DNA from: Macrostomum hystrix
Taxonomy: Eukaryota > Animalia > Platyhelminthes
Length of the DNA: 64,000 nucleotides
Reading direction: 5' to 3'
NCBI GenBank assembly: GCA_950097015.1
Contig: CATNEN010000032.1
Span: 2,356,001-2,420,000 of the forward strand
Part shown: in pieces, positions 62,286 through 64,000 of the stretch
How positions within the stretch are numbered: the stretch's first letter is position 1
Layout of the letters: each line of letters opens with the position of its first letter
The notes under the pieces: generated by a model
Seen by the model: the letters and a program-made list of their open reading frames with translations, nothing else
Told to the model about the DNA's origin: nothing
The model's database searches: none
Program-made: the position numbers and the translations under genes

Positions 62286-62334
62286 CCTTCGTTGATCTGC
62301 GGGCAGACGTCAGGATGGTAGCTGTATGATAAGG

Positions 62335-62790
62335 TAGAGGGGAGAGGAAACCGGTGGTGGAGGGGAGAGGATGGAGGTAGTGAAGAGGAGAGGAAACCGG
62401 TGGTGAAGGGGAGAGGAAACCGGTGGTGGAGAGGAGAGGAAACCGGTGGTGGAGGGGAGAGGATGGAGGTAGTGAAGAGGAGAGGAAACCGGTGGTGGAG
62501 GGGAGAGGAAACCGGTGGTGGAGGGGAGAGGAAACCGGTGGTGGAGGGGAGAGGATGGAGGTGGTAGAGGGGAGAGGAAAGAGGTGGTAGAGGGGAGAGG
62601 AAAGAGGTGGTAGAGGGGAGAGGAAAGCAGTGGTAGAAGAGGAGAGGAAAGAGGTGGTAGAAGGGAGAGGAAAGCAGTGGTAGAAGAGGAGAGGAAGAGG
62701 TGGTAGAAGGGAGAGGAAAGCAGTGGTAGAGGGCAGAAGAAAGAGGTGGTGGAGGGGAGAGGAAAGGATGAAAGGTGGAGGATAGGATGA
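62335..62790. repeat. G-rich about 23-bp repeat (GGGGAGAGGAAACCGGTGGTGGA) in the SLC1A 5' intron
   Basis: Lies between minus-strand donor CAG|GTAGGC near 62856 and acceptor at 62297. Confidence 0.88.
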
Positions 62791-63529
62791 GAAAATGTCT
62801 GCCTTAGACTCTGTTTAGGTTCTCAAAATGGCACTAAGAAGCTATGCCATGCCTACCTGTGTGCAGTTGTGTTCCTAGTTTTCCTAGTTAGTCAGGTTTG
62901 ACCTCTGCTACTGCTGTTGCTGCTGTTGCTGCTGTTGTTGTTGCTTGTGCTTCGTTAATTTAGCAGAAAATTTGTTGCTAATTGAAGCAGCATAGGAACT
63001 TGCGGCAATATTAATGAGTTGCAGTGTTGGTATAAGGCCAAGGCTTTGGGTGCTTTTGTGAAAAATCATTCCAACTGAACAACAATGAGAAGGTCGACAG
63101 GGAGTGGAGGTGGGGGCAGTGGGGTTGGCGCCAGACCGAGCAGCATGCAAACACTGTCTGCTCGTTATTTGCCGAGTGTCCGGCCCATTGACTGGCAGCT
63201 CGCTGCTGCTGCTGTTGCTGCAGATCGCAGTTTGATAAAAGATGGACTTGAAAAAATAGTAAATTTTAGCATCAGGGACTCTTCCGAGCTTTTTCCAAGA
63301 CTTTCGCGTGTTTACTCATTTAGGTAGAGTCTGGCAAATAGAGCAAAGGAGAGAGGAAATTATGAAAAGTGCCAAGAGAATAAATGGAGATAAATGAGAC
63401 CAGGAGACTAGGCGAAAGTTATTGAACGACTTAAATTCTCCTTTCAACAAAATGTTACATTGTGTCTTAATGATAAAAAAATAATTTTTTTACTTATAGG
63501 AGGGCTGCGGGCAGTGGCACACCATTTGG

Positions 63530-63800
63530 TGACACTAGACCCGCAGCCAGCCAGGAGGCAATTCTGCCCATTCCGCTGACTCCTGAGCACACACGCTCAC
63601 AGATACTGTACGCTGGCACACGCTCACACAGGCGTGTACATCTGCCCTGACTTTCTCATCGTCAGGCAGTGTACATTTAACTGCGCCTTGGAGGTCGGCC
63701 CTCAAGGGCGCGAATTGCACGACAAGCCCCCAAGCCGCGGAATCGAGCTCAGGACCTTGGCGCGAGAGGCAAACGCGTTAGATCGCTCTGCCCCTCACCC
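63530..63800 (-). mobile_element. SINE-like element, second copy of the family at 2700-2865
   Basis: tRNA-like head GGCAGAGCGATCT...CCAAGGTCCTGAGCTCGATTCC, then CAAGGCGCAG, CTGCCTGACGATGAG and TCAGGAGTCAGCGGAATGGGCAGA. Confidence 0.55.
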
Positions 63801-64000
63801 CCTATATATATTGCATCTTATAAAGTATTTATTACTTTATAGGTCAATTGCTTGAGAGATATAAATGCTTTGGTATAGCGCACTAGAATATAATAAATAC
63901 ATTAATTTCACAGCCATTGTAATCTCTATTTGTGAAGCTCAGCAAAGTGAGTCATGTCTCGCCGGATGAAAACTGTATCCATCGTGTTTAGCCGACTATA

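Noticed and set aside
62908-63327. Short poly-Q ORFs upstream of SLC1A
   Set aside because: Not in a spliceable coding relationship with the SLC1A ATG; likely 5' UTR with a CAG/CAA microsatellite

Overview
Eukaryotic, intron-rich animal DNA. GC-rich, poly-Q-prone exons are separated by introns and spacers filled with about 35 unrelated minisatellite arrays. This style suggests a flatworm such as Macrostomum (inference from style only). Most long ORFs in the supplied track are artefacts of these arrays. Spliced genes reconstructed by hand: 3' end of a probable SLC9A/NHE exchanger (+), tRNA-Ala(AGC), a 2-TM orphan protein (+), an EF-hand protein (-), a shortened alpha-catulin-like gene (-), a zinc-finger/BRD7-9 chimera (+), neuferricin/CYB5D2 (+), epsilon-tubulin (+), a C2H2 protein (+), a divergent class A GPCR (+) and an SLC1A glutamate transporter (-). 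There are also tRNA-derived SINE-like elements and a MITE-like foldback. Top lead: a gene at 32457-36027 that fuses a Disco/basonuclin-type zinc-finger pair to a BRD7/BRD9-type bromodomain with a degenerate acetyl-lysine pocket, plus the BRD7/9 C-terminal (DUF3512-like) region. Second lead: the epsilon-tubulin gene has no visible genomic start codon and may get its Met from the AUG at the end of the flatworm spliced leader, possibly within a three-gene operon. All protein family comparisons are from remembered sequences, not database searches.
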